Source: Bigelowiella natans CCMP2755 (Eukaryota; Protista; Cercozoa). From it: DNA of 64,000 nt. Positions within the stretch are counted from its first letter, which is position 1. Each line of letters starts with the position of its first letter. The notes beneath the pieces were generated by a model, which saw only the letters and a list, made by a program, of their open reading frames with translations, was not told the DNA's origin and ran no database searches. The DNA lies in assembly GCA_000320545.1 (NCBI GenBank), contig ADNK01001706.1, positions 4,101 through 68,100 on the forward strand, written 5' to 3'. Made by a program: the position numbers and the translations under genes. Below, piece after piece: positions 36,616 through 49,617 of the stretch.

Positions 36616-38400
36616 TCAGAAAACAGCGGCATACCGCTCACAAATAGCTGCCTCATCGAGATCCTTCATCACATCCACTTCGTGGCGCTTGTGCTGAAGG
36701 TACAGGTCGGCAAGCTCGCGTGGAATGAGCTGATTTCTCAACCCCTCGTCCTTCTCAAACCGATCAAGAGCGTCGCCTAGCGACAGAGGCAGCCTCTCTA
36801 TTCCCATCGAAGCAAGCTCCGCCGCTTCCAACACGCTCAGATCCTCGTGCGTAACCGTCGGTGCTGAGAGCTGGTGTATCACCCCTTGCGTCCCTGCCGC
36901 CAATATGGCCCCGAGCTGCAGATAGGGGCTGGCGGAGCAGTCGGAGGCGCGAAACTCAAGGTTTGTCCCCGGTGCAGGATCTTTGCCTTTTCGCTCGTCC
37001 CCAGGGCAGATGCGCAAGGCCGCCTCGCGGTCTCGATATCCAAGGTTGTTGAAGGGAGCAGACCAGCGGTGGGGGACAAGGCGCTGGTAGGACACAACGC
37101 TGGAAGCAGTGATAGCGATAATCTGGGGAAGAGCTCGAAGCACGCCGGAGGCAAACTGCAGAGCAGGCCTTGACAGTTTGCTGGTGGAGCTCGCGTCGTA
37201 CGTGATGGGGCGGCCGTTCTCCCAAAAGCTCAGGTGTATGTGTAGGCCGTTTCCGACCCCACCCGCCGTGCGGAGCGGCGTGAAACTCACCCTTTCACCG
37301 AAGCGAATTGCTGTCTCGCGAACGACCTGGCGCAGCACAACGGCCTGGTCAGCAGCTTCCAGAGGCGGTTTGGGGGATATTGTCACCTCACACTGCCCCG
37401 GAGCAGCTTCTGGCATGAACGTGTCAGGATCAAGCCCGGCTGCTCGAAGCGTCGCCAGCAGCGTGCGTGCGAAAGGGTGCACCTTCAAGAAGGCCGCTAG
37501 ATTGTACGCACAGCTGGGCGAGTGATCGGCGCCGCTGTAGTAGAATTCGTGCTCAAAGGCTACAAGGACATCTATCCCCGTCAGCTCGCGAAGCCTGCAA
37601 GGATTACAGGATAGGGCAACATCGAAGTTAATAGATGGGTGTGAGCATATTTTTCTTTTTGCGATCTGAGAGTTGTGATGAATGCCGGCAATGCACCGTT
37701 GGGCGACTTCTTCGGTTTACCGAGTTATGCTGTTGCGAAGATACGAGCGGAGGCAGCAGTTCCAGTCGGAGCCATCCGGGTTTTTTAAGTCTCCAAGAAC
37801 AAAGCGCTGCGCGGGCGTTGTGCCGTCTTTGAAGTCGATGCTGTATTCTGCTGACACGTCGGGCATGAGAGTGAGATCTCCTAGACTTCCGTATGGCGTG
37901 GGCGCGATGTCCCCAAATGAGGTCAGCTGGATTTGTGTCGGGCACCATCTGAGGGGAAGAGTGTGTGGGCGCGTAGGGAAAGGGGGGGGGGGGGGGACAC
38001 TCATCAACATTTTTATTCGTTCGAGGTGCAGTGAGACTTGCTATGGATTGTACCCAATTCCATCCCGCAAGCGCTTGGCCCTTTGAGCTTCGGGAAAGGC
38101 CTTGCCTCGAATCTGGCCTGATATGTCGGAGCACACCGCCATCACCAACTCCTCTCCACGGGGCTGCTGCCTACTCTGCGCTTCCGTGTGGATGCAGGCC
38201 ATGTGGACGAGGAAGGGAGGGGGGGAGGGTAAGGCTGCAGCGCCGCCGGCGCGTGCTCTTCGTGTGCACCGGCGCATCACAGCATTGAATGCCAAAAAGA
38301 GCACGTCCGCGATTTGTCTGGACCAGTCAAAGCAGATGCACGCAGAACAAATTTCATGCGAAATTCGACCGACGACAACCTTTTGGTTGGGGCTCGCCAT
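36616..38400 (-). CDS. Glutamine synthetase type-I family protein (gamma-glutamyl-amine ligase-like), 3 exons
   Basis: SDISGQIRGK / GDLTLMPD / AFEHEFY, EAAPGQCE, GNGLHIHLS, SYQRLVPHRWS, REAALRI, NLEFRASDCSASPYL; introns at about 37952-38052 and 37596-37721. Confidence 0.92.
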
Positions 38401-38918
38401 AAAGTGACGCGTGACGTGTTTGTGTGAGTTCGTGACAGCCCGTTTCAGCGTGGTGCCAGAATCAACCGACTTCCAATGGACTTCCTTCGCGAGGCTGTTT
38501 GCTTGTCACCTGTTGTTGTTCTTGTTTTGAATGGGAAATGAAACTCGGCTTGAATTTGTCGCAAGGAAAGCCTACGCCCCAAGAATTATCAATCGTGCCG
38601 TAGATGCACGGGAACATTCTCCTTGCGACAACACAATTTCAGCTTTTTTTTATCTAATTCTAACTTCAATTTTGGCATTGCATCGCCGAAGATGTCACGT
38701 GTCCTGCTCCTCTTGTGTGGGCTCGGGGCCTCTGCTCGCCCCCCTCTCACCTCTCTCAAGCCAGTATCCCACGGTGCAACATTTCCCTTTCTATGATAGC
38801 TGTTTGTTGTCGTCATCGAAGCCACGCCTCGTTTTTGACCCTCCCTCCAACCTCAGGCTCTTCTTCGAGGTGCGCGTCGGCAGTAGGGATCATCGGAAAG
38901 GGGCTCTCTTCGTCGCAC

Positions 38919-39736
38919 ATGGGCAGTAGGCTACGTGCCGTCCAAAAGCAGCCCGGGGCTACCCCTCTCCAGCGAAACATGAAGACATGGGCATTTTCCG
39001 GCTCCGGATTCCCAAGGTTTGAAACCTTTTTTGGGCAAAGCTCGTGACTGTGACTATGTCCTCCCCCCCTTCCGCAGCAACTACAACGATGTCGTGAGGA
39101 GGGCTTCAGGAGCGGTGAGGCAGATGATTGAAGATGGGAAACAGCTGATCGAGGTATCATAAGTTTTAAAGTCATCGATATATGCTGCTGCAGTGTGAAA
39201 TGACGCGGCATGCGCCAACGCATGAAGCATCCGTTGTATGGTTTTCGGGATAGATTGAATTCCCGGTCACGGGGCTTGCTGCAGTGCCTGGTGATGGAGA
39301 AGGGGCAGGGGAAATGACCCTCTCTGCTCAGGTGAGCGACGCTTGTTTTCGTGGAATCCTCTGTGCCGAGATTTGTATCTGCATGTTCTGTTTCCTGCTG
39401 CTAGCATTCATGTGTCAATCGCTTTTCCAAATTTTACCCAGAGCTTATCACTGTGACTGAGAGAATCACTTTTCGCTTAACTTGTCAAAAGTATACTCGG
39501 GAAATACTGATTGCGATGGAGAGCATGAACAGGCGCACGCGTGTATTCTTCCCTGACGAGCAAGAGGTATGTTGTCTCCCGAACGGTTACCACAAAACAT
39601 AACATCTATGATGCCACTGCCGCATTCAATTTGGAAGCATAGCCTTTTGGGCCAAAAATTATATGAAAAACTGACTCACTATATGAAAATAGTCATGTAT
39701 TGTATTCAGAAGGGAGGAGAGAGGAGGAGAGAGGAG

Positions 39737-39769
<33 letters not shown>

Positions 39770-39924
39770 AAGCAACAGAGCGATCATGTTCTCACCAACA
39801 CCTACTAGCATGAGAAATGTTGTCGTTGGTAATAGGCCAAACGGCAGACTAAACTCTTCAAGGATGTGAACAACATCAAAATCGATTTCCTCACCCGCCC
39901 ATCTCCTCTTGGTACATTAGTGCA

Positions 39925-39966
<42 letters not shown>

Positions 39967-39991
39967 CATATATGAGAGAGAGAGAAAGAGA

Positions 39992-40041
<50 letters not shown>

Positions 40042-41253
40042 GTTTACAGTTGCTTTGAATAAGGACAGTTTATTCAAAAACCTGGTCTCATATATTGTGA
40101 TCAAAGCTTCGACTTATCAAAAATTCTACTACTACTACCACTACCACCGTCTACAGTGGGTTGAATCTCTTCCTTACATTTCTTCTCTGCTCTTTACCGG
40201 TGGTGAGATGGCCCTTGTGCACATCGCGCTATCTTCCACTGATGCTGGGGATTTTCGGACGATGAGTCAGAAACACATTGCGATTAATGCGTGGAATATG
40301 ATTTCAGGCGACTTAGGGCTGGACCCATTCAAAGTCGAGATGCGCGATCGCATCAAGGTCGACGACGAACTCTTCGTCATCGGTAGCCTTCCCACGTGCC
40401 GTGCACGCCGCAAATGCCTTTCTCGAGAAGGAGAGCAATCAACTACTGGCCGCGCGCGTCGCAATTGGGCCGCCTACGTCCTCTCACATTGCCGTTGTCA
40501 ATGTCGTTGCGTCCTTGTTTCGACTGACCTATTTCTCGCCGTTGTGATCTTTAATTTGTTGGTGCCGTATAAGCCTATCCTTCCTTCAACCCGAACGAGA
40601 TGATAGCTGTGCGGGAACTTGCAGACCAGGATGATATGCGAAGGTAGGTTTGCTGATATGTTCAGCATTTATTGCTTTGCTAGGAGACGAATCTCCCAAA
40701 GCATAGTGTCCGTCTTTATCAAACTTTGGCTCCACCCCCAACCCCTCCCCCCTTCCCCATCCTTCCTTATCTGCTTCTCCATATCAGACCAATAATCGTG
40801 ATAAACGGGGAGCTTGACCGGATAAGATCAGGTGTAGATGCATACAGTATACAAAGTTAATCGCGAGTATGTAACGGTTCGTGCATCTACCTCCCGCATA
40901 TGTCTGACACATATTTTCCCCGCTGGGTCGGTAGGGTATTACCCAGCGTTTTTCTATCCGCGACTCCAAGGAGCGATGAAGGGCTTCCTCGAGAATTTTG
41001 ACCAGGCACTGTATATACACAACTTCAAGGGCACACGGGGAGGTGCGACTCACCCTTTTAGCAATGGAGGGAAATCCTCGTCATCCTCATCACCCTATAT
41101 GGCGGTTGGGGAAAATTATCATCATCCTCGTCACCATTTATCATCGTCATTCGCTTGAGACTTTTTGAGAGCAATGTGAACATCGCCTAAACAATAGGCG
41201 CTCTGTTGCGGACATATCCTGGAGAGTACCAAGTCTTCAGAAGAGATGGTAAT
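38919..41253 (+). CDS. Hypothetical multi-exon protein
   Basis: Exon-like segments (e.g. 40156-40382, 40838-41030) bounded by AG/GT and microsatellite introns; no family recognised. Confidence 0.4.
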
Positions 41254-41521
41254 AAAATGCGTGTGTGCTGGGTGGGGGCTAGGGAGGGCGGCGGAGCTGC
41301 GCCTTGGATGTAAAACAAGATAGAATGTGCAGACGAAGGAGTCAGCTAACTGGAAGCTGAATCGAATTTTCCCTCCCTACCCTAAATTTAAGAAAATATG
41401 TTCTCCATTATTAATTTCCTCTACACTTCTGTTTGAATGTTGATTTCCCTATAATTCTGCCTCTCTCTCCCCCTCCCTCTCTCTCTCTCTCTCTCCCTCT
41501 CTCTCACCCTCTCCCTCTCTC

Positions 41522-41562
<41 letters not shown>

Positions 41563-42103
41563 CGTGATGGCTACCGTTTTGTCTGTGTGCCTTTTACTCT
41601 GGATTGCACACGGGTGCGACTTTATGTTCAGGCCTGGGCATCGATGTTCGAGAAGTTCATTCGCAAGAAAAAATGCCTTCCTTAAAGGAGGTGTCCCTCG
41701 AGATATTACCACGTTACTGAGCAACAATGTATGCCAATGCAGCGGCAGCAGCTTTTAGCAAATGAAAAAAATGCATTGCTTGACGACACCACAACAATGA
41801 CCAAGTTGGTGAGGGCAAGAGGTGCAAATGTTGGGGAAATCCCTGTCAGCGGTAGGGTGGGGAGTGGCACAAGCCCCTTCAGGGATTGCATCATGAAGCC
41901 ACGTGTCTATGCATCACGGCAAAGTTTCTGAACACACGGAGAGCATGCACAGTGCTAGAGTGCAACTTGTGCATGGCATGAGCTGCTGTGACTAGAATGA
42001 GATGTTTGGCAGCAGCAGTGCATGCACTATGCCCCACATTTCATTTCCTAACTACAATCAGTAGCGAGATTTCAAAAAAATGCGCAACATGAAAATTTGC
42101 CTA

Positions 42104-44238
42104 CTGACGACCCACTGCTGAACTGAATTTCTAGAATGACATGATGAAAATCACAGGCACATGACATGTCTTTTGTGAAAACAGTCTTTGTCAAAAATGA
42201 CACAGCAAAATCCCAGCAAAAACACTTGATCCATTCACCATTGATCGTTTTGATGTGAGATGCGATGTCATTGAGGTTTTTGACAAGTTTGAAACAATTG
42301 CTTTTTTCTTCGTCCATTGTTCTGAACCTGTCTAGATGTGTTTGTTGTGAACAACCGCAATGAACGTTCATTGTGTTCCACTTCCTTTTTTTCCTCCTCT
42401 GGTTCTTTGATTTTGTCACCAAGCTAGTGAGCACGCACGATTGTCATGAACCACAACTCTGAAGTTTCGTGGTGATGTGTGCCCATCGTGTTTCTCAGGT
42501 TTCAGTTTGTCAACTGAATTGTGCACGCTGTGGCCGCACCGTCGTTTGTGTGAAAGCTGGCACGTGGTGCTCACATCATCGTGATGCACAGCAAATGGAT
42601 TCCAGCAATTGGGGAGCAGCACTGACAGTGCACAGCCTGACGTGAACGTGACCGGGAGACCAGCGAACGACGTTTCAGTGGTCTTGTTGGCTGGGGTTCA
42701 AGCACACAAGTTTCCACAAGCACTCGATCCGAAGCACGTGTGACACACTGTCACTCACATCGAACAACGTGTGGACGCATCCTTCCGGCACGTGAGTTGC
42801 CGTTTTGATTTTGAGTGACACCGATGTCCAAGCGAGCACAGTTGACAGCCAGGAACACCAGTGACGTGCTGCGTCTGAACGCACCAGCACGTGTCAGCTG
42901 GCCAGCTGGCGGGGTCGCATGTGTCGTGTGTTTCACATCGTCACTGAGAGGGCGAGGTGCATCTGTTGAGCACCCAGAGCTGAGAGAGTTGTGAGGCGTT
43001 GCACCTGCGAACGAAGCACAAAAATCGACATCGATCCGTGCTGGCGGCGTCCCTGCTCACGTTCCGTTTTTGAACGGTGCTTGTGATGGTTCAATTGATC
43101 AAGTTCTCCACTGCAAGCTGTTGCATCTCCGGCAAGGAAAGTGAAGGAGAGGATGGAAGGCGATTGAAAATTGAACATTGAACATTGAGCTTCGCACTGA
43201 TGATGGCATGTCCATTGTGCTGTTGCAAAAACCACAAGCGCAAGAACAATGAACAATGAACGATGAACAAAGCGTTGATCAAATCTGCATGCGCCAGAAC
43301 CACATGGGAGACAATGAACAATGAACAATGAAGAAAGCGTTGATCAAAACTACGTGCGCCAGAACCACATGGGAGACAGGCATTTGCACGCAGCAGAGCC
43401 TCAACAACACTCGTTGCAAGAACTTGTCAGCACCCTGTTGGTGAGAGACACAAAAAATCAGCCGCATCCCCTGAAATTGGCATGGATGCCGATCAATGGT
43501 GCCGTTGAGATGTGAATTGGTTGGAACTGAAGCTGGCATCTTGGATGCCGAACCGCAGCAAAAGTGTCAAGCAGGACAATGGTTCGACGGAAAGCCCTGT
43601 CGATTTCTTTGTCAGTCGAAGGGACACCAGATGTGGCCCCCAAAGCGAGGCAAAACTTGTCATGGGAAGACATGGCAGAGAAAGCACGCAACGTGACCAC
43701 GTCATCATTGGCATCAGGTTGATGACGAGACACCAGGTGACGAATCCTGGTCCAAAAACGGTCTCTGATGTCACACGTTCCTTGGCAGGAGAACAAAAGG
43801 TGCATCAGGGACACGTCTTCGTGAGAATCGCACAAGGAGCACCAGCCCTCATGTTGCTCCAGTGCGAAGAATCTGGCAGTGTTGTGACGCCACCACAAGG
43901 CTCCACAACGAGCTTGGAATTTGAGGGACACACCACGGGCATCGTTCCATTCATCGAGGTGCTTGGAGCAGTGAAGATGGGCCGGTTTGCCCACTTCCCC
44001 CTGGCTCCAAGATTGCAGCTTGGAAATCGGCTCCCACGACCGAACTTCCAAAAGATGCCGAAGAGAATGCATTCTGCTCACCTGGGCACGCACCAAACGA
44101 GCATCGCGAGATGCAATTGAGGAGGTTTGAGAGTTCCATGCCGCAACCCATTCCGTCAAGGAGACAGGCGTTTGCGAAGCACACGGGACACAAATGTTGG
44201 AAGCTCTCAAAAGCACGGCATCGTGAACACCGAGGTCG
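42104..44238. other. Extreme TpA-depleted block
   Basis: Only 4 TA in about 2.1 kb by manual scan: three CTAG (42131, 42332, 42424) and one CTAC (43350). Confidence 0.92.
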
Positions 44239-44400
44239 TAAAAACCCCAATGCGCGTAATCGTGCCATTTGTTCTGCGCGACAAGCAAGTTTGATGCTGT
44301 TTCATCGCATTTCACCTCACCTCCTCAACCAGAGAGGAAGAAAGGACGACCAACGGGGATTTCCAAGCACCTCGCTGCAAACACCGACGATTCTCTGACT
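43245..44400 (-). mobile_element. Non-LTR retrotransposon (LINE) 3' fragment, copy 1
   Basis: ORF 43458-44315 contains CSLCDSHEDVSLMHLLFSC..IRDRFW (C-terminal CCHC motif of LINE ORF2), then a 3' UTR and a (CATTGTT)n tail; the 3' end is locally duplicated at 43245-43320. Left boundary of homology clear, right boundary approximate. Confidence 0.85.
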
Positions 44401-45064
44401 AAGACGGTTAATTCCATGTCGCAGGGTCAACATCACCTCGTCTTCACTCAGTCTGTCATCCATCATCGGTCAGTGTCGTCTACCTGGACCGTACATCCTG
44501 GGGGCGAGTCAGGAGAAACCAGCTGCTGGTTGGAAAAGCACGGTTTGTGCGTGGGAATCCTTCGCGGCATGGAGGCGGTTTTCCACCTGCGTCGAAGAAA
44601 CAAGCAGGGAAAATAGCCCAATTCGGAAAGCACCCGCAATCTCATTACAAACATAAATTGAGAGTCGGTATTTACTCGCAGCAATAAGAGTCAGTGCTGT
44701 CAGCCCGCTGGGTTTTCCTGCCCCGAGGCTCTTTTTCCCTGCCTCGAGGCTCAATGCGGGCATGTTTGGGCCAAAACGCCCTGCGTTCGAGCCGGCTGCT
44801 CCACAGGCGACGTCCGCGCGAATGCGGTTACGTGTTCGCAGGCCAGAGCAAGCCGAAGCTCAAAGCCCATACTTGTAGCTCACAGCAGATCGAGACTCGA
44901 GGCGAAATAGGAGCAAGGAGGTACGGCCTCAGCGCCCCGTTCACTTGTCCGCCAAGCACCGCGAATGCAGCCTTACGCGCGCCTCTAGAATGTGAAGAGA
45001 GATAAGAGAGAGGGGCGCGGGGTCGATTTGCAGCTGACTGAGCCCATTTTTCTTTACGACAGGG

Positions 45065-46256
45065 ATGCGAAACATGTGCTATTGCCCGAGACTTCTAAAA
45101 ATGACCTACATCACCGCCTCAGTCGTATTGACGTTTGCAGCCCCGCAGGAAGCTGCAAAGCGAGTCTTAGAGCCCATGGCCGAGCACGTGTTTGGCGGTG
45201 AAGAAGCTTCCCTCGTGTTCAGCGGGGAAAAGCGGAAGAATAAGCACATTCTGGCCGATTCTGCACGAAATTCGCCCTCCATATACGTCCTAGATGCTGC
45301 ATCTGATCCTGGTCAGATCACGCCGCTACACAACGCTACGTTCTTGGAGCTTCGGCGCCGGGCCGTCCGCGATCCAAAAGAGGCAGATTTCATCTTCGTC
45401 GATATAGACACGCTCTTTCAGAAGTTCTGGCCTGTCTACCTGAAAACCAGCCGCCATAAGCATCACCACTCAATACTAAAGTGCGACACGTTTAAGCAGC
45501 ATCTGCAGAAGGAGATGGTGTACGTTGAAACGGTCCGACGATTCCTGCACGAGAACGGAAACTCGACGAAGGCTAAATTCGTATACTTCTACGACATTGA
45601 GTATGAAACAGCATTTTCTTTTTCCTTTTTTATTTGAGAGTACCAACAACGTGCCTGCGCACATTATCTGCGGGTTGGGAGATCCACGGGTATCCTTTTC
45701 TTTTCCACAGTCTTTGAGCGTGCCGTGTGCCATATATATGGAAAAAGACAAAACATTTATTTAGAGAAATGATAATAAGTCATTCAGCATACTTATGTAG
45801 CAACAAGGGTGATATCGCCACGTGGACATCTTACATGTCGTATAAGTCTCGCATTCATAAGAGGGAAATACTCGCGCTTGCTCCAATCCCCAAAGCCCTC
45901 TATCATAACCGCCCACCTTCTTCTCTTAGGTACAAGTACACCTGGGACGCACAACGCCGCAAAAGGGTGCGCAAACACCTCAACGAGCTGGGAGCGGACT
46001 TCGTGTTTCTCGGGAACGACATCGTCAAGAGCGATGCCGCCGCCGCCCCGTCCATCAACATTCTCCCCCCCATCAATATGTACCTCGCAACAACCGAGGA
46101 GCTGAAAACGAGAGGGGAGCGCAAGTACCTAGCCACCTTCCGCGGGAGGGAAGACACCGACAGATTCTCCAAACTAGAGCACCGTCTTCGCCTGTCGCAC
46201 CAACATATCCGCGACGTCATATTCGCGCTCAATGGGAACCGCACCAACGCTAGTAA

Positions 46257-46295
<39 letters not shown>

Positions 46296-46779
46296 GAAGA
46301 AGAACGAGACTAGTATCGTTGCGCAGGCAGGAATTTCTTCCTCCTCCTCCTCCTCCGCGTTTCCATCTTCCCCTGGTCCTGCCAAGCTCGACGTGGCCGC
46401 CAAGTTCGATCTTCTTGACACGAGGGTTGAGGAAGGGCCCGCAGACGCGCTCATAGACGCGTATCGCAACAGCGAGTTTGCTCTGTCCCCGGGCGGGACA
46501 AAGCCCTACTCGTTCCGTCCAGGAGAAGCGCTGACGTACGGCGCCATTCCCGTGATCATCATCGACGACACCGCGCCAATACACTCGCGCGACTGGGAGA
46601 AGTGGGCCGTTTTGATGCGAGAGAAACAGGTCGCGCACTGCGTCAGTATTCTCGAGGCAATTCCGCAATGGAAGCGCGATGCAATGTTCCTGGAGGGGAG
46701 GAAAATCGCACGCTGTGTCAACTCCGTAGCGGGCTATGTCGACTGCATGCTCGAGACTCTGGCCACCAACTTCCTTTAG
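45065..46779 (+). CDS. Exostosin-family glycosyltransferase (GT47), spliced
   Basis: DPKEADFIFV, RKYLATFRG, YRNSEFALSPGGTKPYSFRPGEALTYGAIPVII.DD motifs. Confidence 0.88.
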
Positions 46780-47018
46780 ACGGTAGGGAGGAGAATACGC
46801 TAGCCTCGCCTGCCCTGTCTATGGACTCCGGGGCTGGGAATGCTTCCCATGCTTATATATGTATATGTATAATTACATATTCTAAAGGTTATGAATTCAT
46901 CGACATTCTAAGTAGAAGATGTTGGTAAGAAGAATGCAGAAACTACGCTGGCGAAAAGAAGAGTTGGTAATCCATAGTAGTAGGACAATATGCATAGTGT
47001 CATACAATCTGTCAGGTC

Positions 47019-47060
<42 letters not shown>

Positions 47061-47716
47061 ATCGTATGTTGATGTCTGTTATGAGTTACATCCGTGCTAA
47101 CATGGCTGAGATGATTAGTGTCGGATCGCGTCGATGTTTGTGCATGCTGCTGTAGATGGCTAGATGGCTTGGAATTTGAATTCATGCAGGCTAGCATGTT
47201 AGCTAGCTCTAGAGCTCTAGAGCTAGCATTCAACTCTAGAACTAATCGAGGCATCGTGCGTCGCATCGCATCGCAGTGCTATCTAGCTATGCTAGCATGC
47301 TAGCATGGCTAGCTAGCTAGCCTGATACTTCTGGATCTCTAGGCTTAGCTAGCTTACTAGACACGTCTAGAGCCATTGCACAGCAATGAGCTAGGCGATG
47401 CATAATGTAGCAATCTAGCAATGTGACTCTAAAAATCTAGAGATTGCGTTGATTGTGTGAAGGTTAAAGCATGTTTAAATGATGAACAACTTAAGATGAT
47501 TTCTAGAATACGATTATTGATTTCTAGAATGCGATGATACAGTCATTCTCTACGCAATCAAATTGATAAGCAGACTGCCACCTTGACTCATGGCTAAACT
47601 CTAGTCTAATAATAACCTATCATTTGCTTAACGATTTCTAACGATTTGTTCTATAATCCTTGGACTACCGACTAATTAATTAGGTTTTCACATCTACATT
47701 ACACCTGAACTTCGGG

Positions 47717-48716
47717 TTACTGGAAAATGCTGTCCGAACAAATAAACGAAGTTTTTATTACAAATCTACTACGGGGGATTGCTGTGGTGATTTGGCATCC
47801 CAGACATGTAGTGATATTCGTCCGCAGATAGAGACTATTTTTAAGAATACCAATATCAAACAAAATATCAAAACTAAAATAATTCGAATGTATTAAAGTG
47901 TTATATCCTAAAATATTTGAAAACTGAACCAAAACCTGATCATCGTCGTCATGATCTGGCTCTAATAATCCAGCATACTCGTCAATAAAAGGCAGGGCTA
48001 CGTTCTCAGCGTCTATGTTATAAACGTGATTAATTAGTGCAAGTAAGGAATGAAAATAATGTTATACATCATTTTATTGAGTGTGGTACAAAATTGGAAA
48101 AATTAGATGCGAAGCAAAGTCAGTCACCTTCTATATCCTCAGGAAGATAGAGAAGTTCATCTATAGGATTCAAATATGCACAATTTTATGTGAATACAAG
48201 CTGATAATGTATTTAATCTGAAACACTGATGGCTAAACTTTGTTACCGTTTAGTAGACTTTCTTCGATTTTCCCGAACAAGTCGAACTCCTGAAGATGCT
48301 CCATTGATCTAGAGTTTTAGAAACACATAAAAATGTAATCATGGATACCTACATCATATTTTTCCTTGTACAACTTGTTTTTTGTTTTTTCATGACAAAG
48401 TTTTCAATCAAGCTATATTTGATCACTTCATGTATTACGGTTCATCTTCGCCTATTTCCTCCTTTTGATCTAGACTCTCTTCGACTGTCAGAGATGGCTG
48501 CACTTTTCTTTCCCCATCGTAGGAAAGGACCCAATTTTTGGCATGGTCTATAATATTAGTTTCAAGTTTTGTCCTGTTCAAAGTTCCTTTTTCACCCAAT
48601 TCCTCTCTTTTTATTGTGTGGGCTCCAGATTTGTTAGCATCCGCCAACCACCGGCCCTCCGCCAATGTAGTTGCAAATAGGACAAATAAGATGAATGCTT
48701 GGCGCATTTCAACCAA
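47717..48716 (-). CDS. Hypothetical secreted protein, multi-exon
   Basis: MRQAFILFVLFATTLAEG signal peptide in ORF 48435-48716; downstream exons only tentatively visible. Confidence 0.45.
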
Positions 48717-49617
48717 CTTGAAATTATTCGAGCCTATTTTTGTTTATTAACTTCTTCAGATGTATGTCTCTATGTTTGTATCCTTTTGTGTTATCGAATA
48801 AGGCCCAGATCGGATGCAGAAGCAGCCATAGATCTAAAAAATCATGTAAAATTTTATGGAACTCATTCAAGAATCTTGTGACAACCACATCTTAAGGAAT
48901 CTCTTTCATCCAAATAGAAACATCTTTTCACATCGTGACTAGTTTATGACAAGAATATCTATTAGCATTCATGAGAGGTATGATGCCCGTGAGCCCCTCC
49001 ACTTCAATTTCTACCATCATCAGAAACGTACTAAAAAGGGTAGCTCGGGTTGTGTGACAAGGAGACATCACGGATCGCTGCAGTACTGCAGTACCAACTC
49101 CCCGCCAAGCCTTTAAAAATGGAACAATTCACTATAAATCTATATTGCGACATCAAAAAAGCTTCAATGTTGATCGAAATTGGGCCGGTGAGAGTAGTGC
49201 GCTCTGTTTTGCTTTCCAAGCAGCACCAACGCTTCCATCAGAGACTCCCTAGAGACACTCGCAACCCCGCGGGTCCGAAACGTGCCTTTTCCTCCCGACG
49301 ACGAGTTCTGCCCCGTGCCTCGATCGCAGAACCGAGGAGACTTCGCTGGCCAGCGCCCGTACCCCCGGTTTTGCCCAGGGACGCCCGTTGGGAATGTCAT
49401 GTGACGTGCTGTCGCTTGGGGATTTTCAACATGTGACTTAAGAGCTGGCCAGCATGCGGCGCTTCACGCTGAAATCAGCTTTCAAATGATTGTCGCCAAG
49501 CTGGAATCGCATCGGAATTCACAGAACACTTTTGCCGCCTAGCTCCCTCCCCCATCGTTGATGAGCTTTCTACGACGAGTTGAAACTGAAGTCAGCATTT
49601 GCTCCTTGTGTTAATAA

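Noticed and set aside
43245-43335. CRISPR-like or regulatory short repeats (AACAATG)n
   Set aside because: No spacers; this is the simple-repeat tail of the LINE and recurs at 61574.
42104-44238. Methyl-CpG decay or fungal RIP as the cause of the CA/TG excess
   Set aside because: CpG remains common, TpA is what is missing, and the U6 and rhodanese comparisons show ancestral TA. C->T processes would not remove TA.
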